Below are positions 8,635 to 18,533 of a DNA stretch of 64,000 nucleotides, piece after piece. The stretch covers positions 972-64,971 of the forward strand of contig JAWWBR010000002.1 in assembly GCA_033720855.1 (NCBI GenBank). The letters run 5' to 3'. The position numbers and the translations under genes are program-made. The notes beneath the pieces were generated by a model. It saw only the letters and a program-made list of their open reading frames with translations. It searched no databases and had not been told where the DNA came from. Origin of the DNA: Alphaproteobacteria bacterium. Lineage in GTDB: Bacteria > Pseudomonadota > Alphaproteobacteria > SMXQ01. The number at the start of each line of letters is the position of its first letter. The first letter of the stretch is position 1.

Positions 8635-10712
8635 CCGACCGCCGCATCCCGCTCGAACAGGTAGAGCAGGACCCTAAGCGCCTCCCCGCGGGCGGAGGCG
8701 AGCCCGGCGTCCTTTTCCAGGATCAGCGCCGCGTCGTCCCGAGCGGTCTCCATGAGCGGGCCGTGGGCGGCGATATCGGCAATACGGAAGGACGGCAATC
8801 CCGATTGCCGCGTCCCGAGAATCTCGCCGGCCCCGCGCAAACGCAGATCCTCCTCGGCAATGCGGAAGCCGTCCTCGGTTTCGCGCAGGATCTTCAAACG
8901 TTCGCGCGCGGTCGCGGTCAGCCCCGGGCCGTAGAGGAGGAGACAGGTGGAGCGGGCCGCCCCGCGCCCTATGCGCCCGCGCAACTGGTGAAGCTGGGCA
9001 AGGCCGAAGCGCTCCGCGTGCTCCACCACCATCACCGTCGCCTCAGGAATATCGACGCCGACTTCGATCACGGTGGTGGCAACCAGGATGCGGATGCGCC
9101 CGTCGGCGAAGCCCGACATGGCGGCGTCTTTTTCCGGACCTTTCATGCGCCCATGGACCAAACCGGCCTTGCCGGGGAAAAGCCGTGAAAGCGCGCCGTA
9201 CCGTTCCTCGGCGGCGGCAAGGTCGAGGGCCTCGGAGTCCTCGACCAAAGGACACACCCAGAACACCTGCTGACCGCCCTGGGGCCCATCGCCGATGGCC
9301 CGGCCGACGGCGGCGACGACCTCGTCAAGGCGGGCCAACGGCACCGTCCGCGTGTCTACGGGCTGGCGGCCGGCGGGTTTTTCGGTGAGGCGGGAGACGT
9401 CGAGATCCCCATAGGCGAGCAGGGTGAGCGTGCGCGGGATCGGCGTCGCCGTCATCACCAGGACATCGGTGCCGCGCCCCTTCTCCGCGAGTTGCAGGCG
9501 CTGGGTGACGCCGAAGCGGTGCTGCTCGTCAACCACCGCGAGGGCGAGGTCGGCAAATTTTACGTCCTCTTGGATCAGGGCATGGGTGCCGACGAGGGCA
9601 TGGGTTTCTCCTGCGGCCAGGGCCTCCAGCAGGCGCCGGCGCGGCGCCCCTTTGTGACGGCCGGTCAGCAAGGCGACCTTTGCGCCGGCAGCCTCGAACA
9701 GGGGGGCGACGGCGGAAAAATGTTGGCGCGCGAGAATTTCCGTCGGCGCCATCAAGGCCGCCTGGCGGCCCGCGCCGAAAGCCTCCAACATCGCCAGCGC
9801 GGCGACCACCGTCTTGCCGCTGCCGACATCGCCCTGCAGCAGGCGCAGCATGCGAAGGTCCGATCCCATGTCGCCGAGGATCTCTGCGAGAGCCTGCGCC
9901 TGCGAGGCGGTTAAGGTGTAGGGAAGAACCGCGCGCGCCGCATCCCCTGCCGTGCCATCGGACCTCGTCGCCCGGCCGCCCTGTCGGCGCATATGCAGGC
10001 GCACCAAGGCCATGGCCAACTGGCTCGCCAGCAGCTCGTCATAGGCGAGCCTTTGCCGTTCCGCCGTCAGGGGGTCGAGATCGCTCTCTTCCTGGGGGCG
10101 ATGGGCGCCGCCGACCGCCGTCTTCCAGTCCGGCCAGCCTTCCCGCGCGCGGTGGGCCGGATCGAGCCATTCTGGAAGGTCGGGCAGCATGGAAAGCGCC
10201 GCTGCTACGGCCCGGTTCAGGGTCTTGGGCGACAGCCCCTGGGTCAGGCCATAAACCGGCTCCACCCCGGCCAGGCTGGCGCGCTCCTCGGGTAGGGCGA
10301 TATGATCGGGATGGGTGATCTGCACCGCACCTCGATAGTGTTCGACCTTGCCGGAAATCACCCGCTCGGCGCCCACCGGCAGGGTCTTCTCCAGCCAGTC
10401 GGGGCGGGCGTGAAAAAACACCAGCTCCACCTCGCCCGTTTCATCGGAACACAGAACCTTGTAGGGCAGACGCCGGTTCGGCGCGGGCACGTGCTTGTCG
10501 ACGGTCAGAAGCAGGGTCGCGATCCGTCCCGCCGGCGCATCCTTGACCAGGGGCTGGAAGCTGCGGTCGATGAGACCGGTTGGAAGATGCCACAACAAAT
10601 CGACCACATGAGGGCCGCCGGCCACGTGCTCGATCAGCTTCGCGTTGCGCGGCCCTATCCCAGGCAAGGTGGTGAGGCCCTTGAAGACAGGATAAAGAAT
10701 TTCGGGGCGCAT
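8616..10712 (-). CDS. recG: ATP-dependent DNA helicase RecG.
   Basis: ORF 8616..10712 on the - strand. Walker A GDVGSGKT and DEQHRFG are present. The wedge domain and the C-terminus are typical of RecG. Confidence 0.9.
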   Translation of the reverse strand: MRPEILYPVFKGLTTLPGIGPRNAKLIEHVAGGPHVVDLLWHLPTGLIDRSFQPLVKDAPAGRIATLLLTVDKHVPAPNRRLPYKVLCSDETGEVELVFFHARPDWLEKTLPVGAERVISGKVEHYRGAVQITHPDHIALPEERASLAGVEPVYGLTQGLSPKTLNRAVAAALSMLPDLPEWLDPAHRAREGWPDWKTAVGGAHRPQEESDLDPLTAERQRLAYDELLASQLAMALVRLHMRRQGGRATRSDGTAGDAARAVLPYTLTASQAQALAEILGDMGSDLRMLRLLQGDVGSGKTVVAALAMLEAFGAGRQAALMAPTEILARQHFSAVAPLFEAAGAKVALLTGRHKGAPRRRLLEALAAGETHALVGTHALIQEDVKFADLALAVVDEQHRFGVTQRLQLAEKGRGTDVLVMTATPIPRTLTLLAYGDLDVSRLTEKPAGRQPVDTRTVPLARLDEVVAAVGRAIGDGPQGGQQVFWVCPLVEDSEALDLAAAEERYGALSRLFPGKAGLVHGRMKGPEKDAAMSGFADGRIRILVATTVIEVGVDIPEATVMVVEHAERFGLAQLHQLRGRIGRGAARSTCLLLYGPGLTATARERLKILRETEDGFRIAEEDLRLRGAGEILGTRQSGLPSFRIADIAAHGPLMETARDDAALILEKDAGLASARGEALRVLLYLFERDAAVGYARSG

Positions 10713-10835
10713 GGACCGTCGTTTCCAACGAGGGTGGCTGACAGGACCGTCTGGAAGGCTTATATCCTACGCACACCGTCGCGCCCTGTCACTGGCTGGG
10801 GGCGGGGGGTTATTGTGCGTGAAGGATGAACCCCC

Positions 10836-11099
10836 GTGGACGACCTTGTGCTGAGACGCAAACGGCTACTCTACAAGGCCCGGCACCGCGGCACTCAGGA
10901 GAGCGACCTGGTGCTCGGCGGCTTTGCCGAGCGGCACGTTGGCACCTTCAGCGCGCCTGAACTCGATCAGTTCGAGGCCCTGGTGGAGCAAGCCGATGCC
11001 GAACTGATGGATTGGATCTCGGGCCGCGCTCCGGTGCCCCAAGGGCTTGAGGGATCGGTGTTTCAACTTCTTGTGAATTATAAAAACTCTATCATATGA
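10836..11099 (+). CDS. sdhE: Succinate dehydrogenase flavinylation/assembly factor SdhE (DUF339).
   Basis: ORF 10836..11099. The RKRLLYKARHRGTQESDLVLGGFAE motif is present. Confidence 0.8.
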   Translation: MDDLVLRRKRLLYKARHRGTQESDLVLGGFAERHVGTFSAPELDQFEALVEQADAELMDWISGRAPVPQGLEGSVFQLLVNYKNSII

Positions 11100-14000
11100 C
11101 ACTGCAAAATAAAGATTTTAAGGCATCGCCGATGAGCGATATTCTGATTGCGGCTGCGCCTGGACCGACCGACTGTTTTTGGCTGGCCGAACGGTTTCGC
11201 CGGGGCGATCTCAAGACCCTGCTTCACGTCGCGGTCGACGACCGCGCCCTGGAGCGAACCGCGGGCGCCCTCGGCACCCTGGTTCCGGGCATTGAAATCC
11301 TGCGCTTTCCGGCATGGGACTGTCTGCCCTACGACAGGGTCGGGCCCAACGGCGCGATCGCGGCCCGGCGCATCGAAACCTTGTGGACCCTGGCCCAGCG
11401 GCTCGACGGCGACGATACGCCCGATACGGGGCCCCGCGTGGTGCTGACCACGGTCAATGGTTTGGTGCAGAAAGTCCCGTTGCCCTCGGCTTTCCAGGAC
11501 GTCGCCTTCACCGTCGCGGCGGGGGCTCCCTTCGATGTCGACGAATTTCTCGCCTATGCCGCACGCAACGGCTACATGCGCACGGAAACGGTGATGGAAC
11601 CAGGCGAATTCGCCATTCGTGGCGGGATCGTCGACCTGTTCCCCTCGGCCCACGCCCAGCCGGTTCGCCTCGATCTATTTGGCGAGGAGATCGAGCAGAT
11701 CCGCCCCTTCGACCCGGTCTCGCAAATGACGAAAGGGGATGCCGAGACTGGCAGCATCATCCTCAAGCCGATGAGCGAGGTGGTCCTGACCGAGGACAGC
11801 ATCAATCGCTTCAGGCGCGGTTACCGCCAACAATTCGGCGCCGCCAGGGAGGGCGATCTTCTTTATGGCGCCATATCCGAGGGCCGACGTATCGCCGGCA
11901 TGGAACACTGGCTTCCACTGTTCCACGAAGGTATGGGGAGCCTTCTTGACTTCCTGCCGGAAGTGACGGTGAGCCTCGGCGCCGGTGTGGAGGATGGCCG
12001 GAATTTACGTCTCGAGCAGATCGAGGATTACTACGCCGCACGCCGAGACCTGGGTGCCGCCCATGGCGATAGCGGCGGCGAGATTTACAATCCGCTGCCC
12101 CCGGACCAGCTGTATCTCACTGGCTCGGCCTGGACCAAGGCCCTTTCCGATCACCGGCTCCTAACATTCGATGCCTTCTCACGGCCCTCGGGCGCCCCTG
12201 GGGTGGTCGATGCCGGCGCCCGACTGATGGCCAGTTTCGCAACCGCGGCCCGCAGCGAACAGGGCAACCCGTTCGACCTCGCCGTCGCTTTCGCAAGGGC
12301 ACAGGCCCGCGCCGGCGCGCGCGTCATCTTTGCCTGCGCCAGTGCCGGCAGCATGAGCCGCATCCATCGGCTTTGTGTCGAGCACGGGCTGCGTGAGATC
12401 GCGCCCTGCGCGAATTGGTACGAGGTCGAGGCGCTGGACCCCGCCGTGCCCGCGATCCTGGAGCTCGATCTGCAACAGGGGATTACCGCGCCCGGTCTCG
12501 CGGTCATCGCCGAGCCCGATATCCTCGGCCAGAAATTGACCCGGCCGCGGCGGCGCGGACGCTCGGCGGAGGCGTTCGCCGCCGAACTTTCGAGCCTGGA
12601 AGAGGGCGACCTGGTGGTTCACGTGGATCATGGCGTCGGTCGCTACGAGGGGCTCGAAACCCTTGAGGTGCCGAGCGCACAAGGCGGGCGCACCGCCGCC
12701 CATGACTGTCTGCGTCTGACATACGGGGGCGGGGACAAGCTCTACGTGCCGGTGGAAAACATCGATGTCCTGAGCCGCTACGGCGAGGACCAGGGGACGG
12801 TGGCGCTCGACCGGCTCGGCGGCGCCGCATGGCAGGCAAAGAAATCGCGCCTGCGTAAACGTATTCGCGAGATGGCCGAAGAGCTGTTGAAGGTCGCCGC
12901 CCAGCGCATGCTGGCCCGCGCCCGGCCCATGACGGCCGGCGGCAGCGAATACGAGGAATTCTGCGCGCGCTTTCCCTATGAAGAAACCGAAGACCAGCAG
13001 AGCGCCATCGCCGAAACCCTTGCCGACCTGGCCGGGGACCGGCCGATGGACCGGTTGATCTGCGGCGACGTGGGCTTCGGCAAGACCGAGGTTGCGCTGC
13101 GGGCGGCCTTCGCCACCGTCATGTCGGGACGCCAGGTGGCGGTGGTGGTGCCGACGACCCTTCTCGCACGACAGCATTTGGAGGTCTTTACCCAGCGATT
13201 CCAGGGCTTACCCGTCGAGATCGCCCAATTGTCACGCCTGGTGACGGCGGCGGAAGCGGCCCGCATCAAGGAAGGCTTGAGCGCGGGCCGGATCGACATC
13301 GTCATCGGCACTCATGCCCTGCTCGCCGAATCGGTCAAATTCCACGACCTCGGTCTTCTCGTGGTCGACGAGGAGCAACACTTCGGTGTTGCCCATAAGG
13401 AGCGCCTCAAGCGTTTGCGAACCAACGTCCACGTTCTCACCCTGACGGCGACGCCGATCCCGCGCACCCTGCAGCTGGCGCTGACGGGGGTCAAGGACAT
13501 GAGCATCATCGCCACTCCGCCGGTGGACAGGCTGGCCGTCCGCACCTTCGTATTGCCCTACGATCCGCTGGTGGTGCGCGAGGCGATCAAGCGCGAGATC
13601 CATCGCGGCGGTCAGTGCTTCTACGTCTGCCCGCGGATCAGCGACCTCGCCGCCGTCACCGCGCAGATCGGCGATATCGTTCCCGACGCCCGCCTGCGCT
13701 CGGTCCATGGCCGGATGTCGGCGGGTGACATCGAACGAACCATGGAGGATTTCTTCGAGGGAGCCTTCGATATCCTGGTATCGACCAATATCATCGAATC
13801 CGGGCTCGACCTTCCCAACGTCAACACCATCGTCATCCACCGGGCCGACATGTTCGGCCTGGGCCAGCTCTACCAGCTGCGCGGCCGGGTGGGGCGCTCC
13901 CGGGTACGCGCCTATGCCTACCTGACCCTGCCGCCCCGGCGCATCCTCACTCCCGGCGCCGCAAAGCGGCTCGAGGTGATGCAGACCCTCGACAGCCTTG

Positions 14001-14641
14001 GAGCCGGTTTCACCCTGGCGAGCCACGACCTCGACATTCGCGGCGCGGGCAACCTTTTGGGGGACGAACAATCCGGCCATATCCGCGAGGTCGGGGTGGA
14101 GCTTTACCAGCACATGCTCGAAGAGACCGTGGCCGAACTGAAGGGCGGCGCACCGGTCGAGGACGAATGGTCGCCACAGGTGAACGTCGACATTCCGGTT
14201 CTGATCCCGGAGTCCTATGTCGCCGATCTCGGCCTCAGGCTGAGCCTCTATCGCCGCATTGCCGGGTTGGTGACCCGCGATCAGGTGGAGGGTTTCGCGG
14301 CGGAATTGATCGACCGCTTCGGGCCCCTGCCGCGGGAGGTGGAGAACCTTCTCTCCGTCGTCACCCTGAAGCAGGGTTGCCGCGCCGCCGGCATCGAGAA
14401 GGTGGAGGCGGGCCAACGCGGGTGCCTGATTTCGTTCCGGGGCGACAACTTCGCCAACCCCGATGCGCTGATTGCCGCCATTGCCGGCAAGCCCGACAGT
14501 CTGCGCCTCAGGCCCGACCATACCCTGGTCATCAAGGCCGATTGGCCGACCCCCGAAAGGCAGATTGAGGGACTGGCGCAGCAGTTGGAGGTCCTTGGAC
14601 GGATGGCCGGGGCCGGAGGGGAGGCCGCGTCGGTCGGCTAG
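11096..14641 (+). CDS. mfd: Transcription-repair coupling factor Mfd.
   Basis: ORF 11096..14641, 1181 aa. The start overlaps the sdhE stop as ATGA. Helicase motifs GDVGFGKTEVA and DEEQHFGV are present, along with the TRCF domain. An alternative start is Met13. Confidence 0.9.
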   Translation: MTLQNKDFKASPMSDILIAAAPGPTDCFWLAERFRRGDLKTLLHVAVDDRALERTAGALGTLVPGIEILRFPAWDCLPYDRVGPNGAIAARRIETLWTLAQRLDGDDTPDTGPRVVLTTVNGLVQKVPLPSAFQDVAFTVAAGAPFDVDEFLAYAARNGYMRTETVMEPGEFAIRGGIVDLFPSAHAQPVRLDLFGEEIEQIRPFDPVSQMTKGDAETGSIILKPMSEVVLTEDSINRFRRGYRQQFGAAREGDLLYGAISEGRRIAGMEHWLPLFHEGMGSLLDFLPEVTVSLGAGVEDGRNLRLEQIEDYYAARRDLGAAHGDSGGEIYNPLPPDQLYLTGSAWTKALSDHRLLTFDAFSRPSGAPGVVDAGARLMASFATAARSEQGNPFDLAVAFARAQARAGARVIFACASAGSMSRIHRLCVEHGLREIAPCANWYEVEALDPAVPAILELDLQQGITAPGLAVIAEPDILGQKLTRPRRRGRSAEAFAAELSSLEEGDLVVHVDHGVGRYEGLETLEVPSAQGGRTAAHDCLRLTYGGGDKLYVPVENIDVLSRYGEDQGTVALDRLGGAAWQAKKSRLRKRIREMAEELLKVAAQRMLARARPMTAGGSEYEEFCARFPYEETEDQQSAIAETLADLAGDRPMDRLICGDVGFGKTEVALRAAFATVMSGRQVAVVVPTTLLARQHLEVFTQRFQGLPVEIAQLSRLVTAAEAARIKEGLSAGRIDIVIGTHALLAESVKFHDLGLLVVDEEQHFGVAHKERLKRLRTNVHVLTLTATPIPRTLQLALTGVKDMSIIATPPVDRLAVRTFVLPYDPLVVREAIKREIHRGGQCFYVCPRISDLAAVTAQIGDIVPDARLRSVHGRMSAGDIERTMEDFFEGAFDILVSTNIIESGLDLPNVNTIVIHRADMFGLGQLYQLRGRVGRSRVRAYAYLTLPPRRILTPGAAKRLEVMQTLDSLGAGFTLASHDLDIRGAGNLLGDEQSGHIREVGVELYQHMLEETVAELKGGAPVEDEWSPQVNVDIPVLIPESYVADLGLRLSLYRRIAGLVTRDQVEGFAAELIDRFGPLPREVENLLSVVTLKQGCRAAGIEKVEAGQRGCLISFRGDNFANPDALIAAIAGKPDSLRLRPDHTLVIKADWPTPERQIEGLAQQLEVLGRMAGAGGEAASVG

Positions 14642-15327
14642 GGGACACTCTCGGCGGCGAGTTCCAAGGCCCGAACGATGGCTTCGGGCGCCACCGCACC
14701 GGCAAGGGAGTAGCGCCCATCGATCAAAAAGAAAGGGACCCCGGTGATGCCGCGCTGCCGCGCAGCGGCGTCCTCGGCACGCAGGGCATCCGCCCCATCG
14801 CCGCTTAGACAGCTCGCGACACTATCGGCATCGAGGCCGATATCGGCCGCCAGCTTCGTCAAGACCTCTCGATCGCCTATATCGCGCCCCTGGGTGAAAT
14901 ACGCCGCGAAAAGACGCTCCACCGCGATCGATGCAAGGCCGGCGGCCTGCGCCTGCCGAATCAACCCATGAGCCATCAGGGTATTGGGTGTGCGACGGAT
15001 ACGATCGAACGCGAAATCGATGCCTTCGCCGCGCCCCTCCCGTCCGATCACCCTGTAAACCTCGGCCGCGCGCTCGGCGCTCCCGAACTTGGCGGCAAGA
15101 TAGGCGGACCGATCCATGCCCCCGGCCGCCATATTGGGGTTTAACTGAAAGACTCGCCAGCGGACGCGGGCTCGCCTCTCCGGGGTCGCCTCCGCCATTC
15201 GCGCCAACGCGCGGTCGAGGCGGCGTTTGCCGATCATGCACCATGGGCAAATGGGGTCGGAAAACACATCTATGACGGGTGGGTGCAAATGCGCTGTCCT
15301 CGATCGTTCACCCGAATCCGATAGCAT
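14638..15327 (-). CDS. DsbA-family thiol:disulfide oxidoreductase (FrnE/HCCA-isomerase-like) with a CPWC active site.
   Basis: ORF 14638..15327 on the - strand. The N-terminal region carries PICPWCMIGKRRL. Its stop overlaps the mfd stop as CTAG. Confidence 0.8.
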   Translation of the reverse strand: MLSDSGERSRTAHLHPPVIDVFSDPICPWCMIGKRRLDRALARMAEATPERRARVRWRVFQLNPNMAAGGMDRSAYLAAKFGSAERAAEVYRVIGREGRGEGIDFAFDRIRRTPNTLMAHGLIRQAQAAGLASIAVERLFAAYFTQGRDIGDREVLTKLAADIGLDADSVASCLSGDGADALRAEDAAARQRGITGVPFFLIDGRYSLAGAVAPEAIVRALELAAESVP

Positions 15328-15427
15328 GCCTGCATGCGTCTTGTGAATGGCCCGCAGGGAAGATTGGGCAAGAAGGTTTTATATCCGGAAAATCATAGTC
15401 CGTTGCCTACAGCGGAGAGGAGGCAAT

Positions 15428-15871
15428 CTAGACCATGAATTCGCGCCGCGTCAGGGGGAGGGCGAAGGGCTGACTTGAGTTCGCAAACCTTACCAGATGT
15501 GCCGGACAGCGGCGGCAGTCGCTGGCACCGAACCCTGCGATCGGCACCTCCGCCCCGGAAACTGCGGAAAAACGCGAGAACAAGCCGCATTCATCTCCTC
15601 CCGGCGCAACGATCACTGCAGCAATCCGTCCCGCCCGCGTTAGGCGATCGACATGCCAGCGCAAGGCTTTTTCTCGCCTCAGATGCCGCCCGACCCGGCC
15701 GGCGATGCCGCCCGGCCCATTGGCGCTGCCGCAATAGAGATAGAGCCCAGGGGCGAGCACACGGCCGCGGCGCCCGATACGCACCGCCACCGCGCTCTCG
15801 GAGTCGATGAGGAGCCCGTACGCGCCGCGGTCCGAGGGCAGGGTGATGTCAGTGTCAGCGTCCGTGATCAT
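15428..15871 (-). CDS. DUF123 domain protein (GIY-YIG/URI nuclease-like superfamily).
   Basis: ORF 15428..15970 on the - strand. The ATG at 15869-15871 is the likely start; the longer ORF begins with GTG. Motifs YGLLIDS...RIGRRG..LAPGLYLYCGSA..G..GRVGRHLRR and C-terminal Cys residues are present. Confidence 0.6.
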   Translation of the reverse strand: MITDADTDITLPSDRGAYGLLIDSESAVAVRIGRRGRVLAPGLYLYCGSANGPGGIAGRVGRHLRREKALRWHVDRLTRAGRIAAVIVAPGGDECGLFSRFSAVSGAEVPIAGFGASDCRRCPAHLVRFANSSQPFALPLTRREFMV

Positions 15872-16021
15872 GGCCCCGTCGCCGGCCCCCGCCCACGACG
15901 AGGCGAGCGGCTTGCGCCAAACTGACGTATGGTTATTGTTGCGCCAGGCGTCATGCGCGTACCCTAACACCGTTAACCGCAGCCGGCACCGTTCGGCAAT
16001 TGATGACAGAGGGCCTTATCA

Positions 16022-18499
16022 TTGAACACCGATCGCTTTGCAACTGTTGCGTATGGTCTGGCCCTGCTCGGAATCCTGCTGTTGCCATCGGCCGGTGCGG
16101 CCCTGGCGCAGGAGGACGTGCTTAACCCCGAGGTTCGCTACGATGTTCTTCGCCATCAGTTGAGCATGGCGATTCGCGCCAAGAAGCCTCGCGAAACCAT
16201 CGACATCATCGCCAAACTGCGAAAATCGCCTCTCGGCATCAGTGGCGAGATCTTGTTCTATGAAGGTCACGCCTATTATCAGCTGAAGGAGTGGACGAAT
16301 GCCTACCGCTCCCTCGTTGCCTACCTCAACACGGTTGGCCGCAAAGGCCGAAACTACAAGGTGGCGATCGGATTGTTTGTCGAGGCCGAGCGCGCGATCA
16401 AGTCCCGAAAACGCGAATCGGAAGCATCGGCGCGGGCCGAGCGCAGCTGGTCCTTGGCGGCGTCGGCGTACGACCGTCTCAAGCCGCAACGCGACGCCTG
16501 GCGGGAAAAGGTCGTGACCTTCGGCGGGCCCCGCAACGATTCCGCCTGGGTCATGGCGCGCAGGGCCGATGGGGGATTTCTGGTGGGCGGAACCTTCGAA
16601 CAAAAGGCGGACAAGAAGACACGGCAAAAAGCCAGCCGCAGCATGGGGCTGATGGCCTTGACCAAAAGCGGGCGCATGGCCTGGAACCGGATTCCCCTCG
16701 GCCCCGCAGAAGACGGCGCCATCAAGTCGCTGACGGCGCTGCCCGACGACGGCTTTCTGATCGGCGGCATTCACCGGGGCTTCCAGATCGCCGCCCGCAT
16801 GGATCGCAACGCCGTTCCCATCCGCAATCACGACGGCAAGCCCTGGGTCAGCCCCCTGGCAAAAGCCAAAGACGGCTCGATCGCGGAGGTCGTAAGGCTT
16901 GCCAACGGCGACGTGCTGGCGATCGGATCGGAGCGCGTCACCAAAGACGGCAAGAGTCCCCGGCTACCCTTCGTGGTTCGGCTGTCCAAAGACGGAAAGC
17001 CTTTGGGCAAGACCGTCTTTACCGGAGATGCGGCGCGGTTCTGGCACGACATTACCGCCGCCGTGAGGATGGAAGGCGGCGACATCCTCGCCGTCGGCAC
17101 GACCCGCCCGCAAGCCGCCTGGGACACCCGGTCGGGCCTAGGCTATCTGTTGCGCGTCACCGAAGATGCCAAGATGGTTTGGGCGCGGAGGGTGCCGGCC
17201 CGCGGTCAAGGCGAGATCCAATTTTCCGGCGTGGCTCGCGCCAAAGACGGCGGCCTTTTGGCCGTGGGACAAGAGGGCAAGCGCCTGCTGTTGTTCAAGG
17301 CTTCCGCTGCAGGCGAAGAGGAATGGCGCAAGACGCTCGCCTATCGCAGCCCCATGCCCGCCGGGGCAGGCGATCTTTGTGCGGTCTCCGACCTGATCCC
17401 GCAGCTGAAGAAATCCAGCAAGTTCCTCGACCGCCCGCTGCCGACGGCGGACCGGATCGCGGCGGTGCGCGGCCTGGCCTGTCCCCAAGGCGCGCCACTC
17501 GCATCGGCGACCGGCATAATCCGTCACCAGGATGGTTTTCTCGTCCTCGGCCTTCAGGCGCCGGGCCCAGGGGAAAAGGTCGATATCCGGCTAATCGCTT
17601 TGGACCACGCGGGTACTATCCAGTGGGACAAAGTCTATGGCCATGACGGTTTCGATATTGCCACCAGCGCCCTGCCCACCGAAGACGGCGGCGCCATCAT
17701 TGCCGGGGCGACCGATTCCATCGGCGCCGGCGGGCGTGACATCCTGATCTTCAAGGTCGACAAGGATGGCAACTTTGCGAACTGGTCGGCCCTCGGCCCA
17801 CCGGCCGGGCCGAAGCCGGCAACCGCCGCCAAGTCGCCCGCCGAAACGGCCGTCCCATCATCACCGAAACCCAAACCCGGGGCCGCCGCAACGCCGGAGG
17901 AGGGTAAGCCGAAGGATACAGACGCCAAGCAGGCCGCGCCATTGGCACCCGAGGCGGAGGCCGAGGCTGTTGCAACTCCGGAGGAGGGTAAGCCGGAGGA
18001 TACAGACGCCAAGCAGGCCGCGCCATCGGCGCCCGAGGCGGAGGCCGAGGCTGTTGCAACTCCGGAGGAGGGTAAGCCAGAGGATACAGACGCCAAGCAG
18101 GCTGGTTCCGGCGCGCCGCCTCGGCCCGAACCGGAAGCTCGAGCCGAGCCGGAAGCGGAAACGGAGGACGATGGCGCCCCCAAACCGGACGCGCCGGAGG
18201 CATCGGCTTCGCCCAAAGCGGTGATCGAGGACCCGGAGGCGACACCGGCCGCTGAAGACCCCGGCACCCCGAAAAAGGCGGATGCGGGCGCCGGGGACGA
18301 GTCGCTGGGGACGCCGAAGACGCAAGGGCAGGGCGCCTCTCCGCCCGGGGCTTCGCAAAACAGCGACGAGCCGCCCGCAACCTCGTTCCGCTCGATCTTC
18401 GGCTCCATCTTCGGCGGATCGGAGGAAGAGAAATCAGCCCCCACGGATCAGTCCGGCGACGGAGACAAGACGCCGCCGGCTTCCGGCGAGACGGAATAA
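16022..18499 (+). CDS. Large secreted or periplasmic protein. Domain order is signal peptide, an N-terminal helical (TPR-like) region, about seven beta-propeller-like DGG-[FL]-L-x-GG repeats, and an acidic Pro/Ala/Glu-rich C-terminal tail with 28-aa tandem repeats.
   Basis: ORF 16022..18499, 825 aa. The signal peptide cleaves at ALA-QE. Repeated motifs include ADGGFLVGG, DDGFLIGG, GGDILAVG, DGGLLAVG and DGGAIIAG. Confidence 0.75.
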   Translation: MNTDRFATVAYGLALLGILLLPSAGAALAQEDVLNPEVRYDVLRHQLSMAIRAKKPRETIDIIAKLRKSPLGISGEILFYEGHAYYQLKEWTNAYRSLVAYLNTVGRKGRNYKVAIGLFVEAERAIKSRKRESEASARAERSWSLAASAYDRLKPQRDAWREKVVTFGGPRNDSAWVMARRADGGFLVGGTFEQKADKKTRQKASRSMGLMALTKSGRMAWNRIPLGPAEDGAIKSLTALPDDGFLIGGIHRGFQIAARMDRNAVPIRNHDGKPWVSPLAKAKDGSIAEVVRLANGDVLAIGSERVTKDGKSPRLPFVVRLSKDGKPLGKTVFTGDAARFWHDITAAVRMEGGDILAVGTTRPQAAWDTRSGLGYLLRVTEDAKMVWARRVPARGQGEIQFSGVARAKDGGLLAVGQEGKRLLLFKASAAGEEEWRKTLAYRSPMPAGAGDLCAVSDLIPQLKKSSKFLDRPLPTADRIAAVRGLACPQGAPLASATGIIRHQDGFLVLGLQAPGPGEKVDIRLIALDHAGTIQWDKVYGHDGFDIATSALPTEDGGAIIAGATDSIGAGGRDILIFKVDKDGNFANWSALGPPAGPKPATAAKSPAETAVPSSPKPKPGAAATPEEGKPKDTDAKQAAPLAPEAEAEAVATPEEGKPEDTDAKQAAPSAPEAEAEAVATPEEGKPEDTDAKQAGSGAPPRPEPEARAEPEAETEDDGAPKPDAPEASASPKAVIEDPEATPAAEDPGTPKKADAGAGDESLGTPKTQGQGASPPGASQNSDEPPATSFRSIFGSIFGGSEEEKSAPTDQSGDGDKTPPASGETE
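17888..18112 (+). repeat. In-frame 84-bp tandem repeat, about 2.6 copies. It encodes ATPEEGKP(K/E)DTDAKQAAP(L/S)APEAEAEAV.
   Basis: Copies at 17888-17971 and 17972-18055 differ at about 4 positions. A third, partial copy runs 18056 to about 18112. Confidence 0.85.
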
Positions 18500-18533
18500 C
18501 CGATCGGCCGCCGGCCGAAAAAGCGAAGAAGAC

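Noticed and set aside
12179-14521. Two long minus-strand ORFs (332 and 429 aa) antisense to mfd
   Set aside because: They are antisense shadows of a highly conserved helicase gene, with no recognisable domains.
16291-17646. 451-aa plus-strand ORF inside the secreted repeat-protein gene, in another frame
   Set aside because: It is Arg/Pro/Gly-rich low-complexity translation typical of off-frame reading in GC-rich coding DNA. The in-frame 825-aa product has a signal peptide and repeats.
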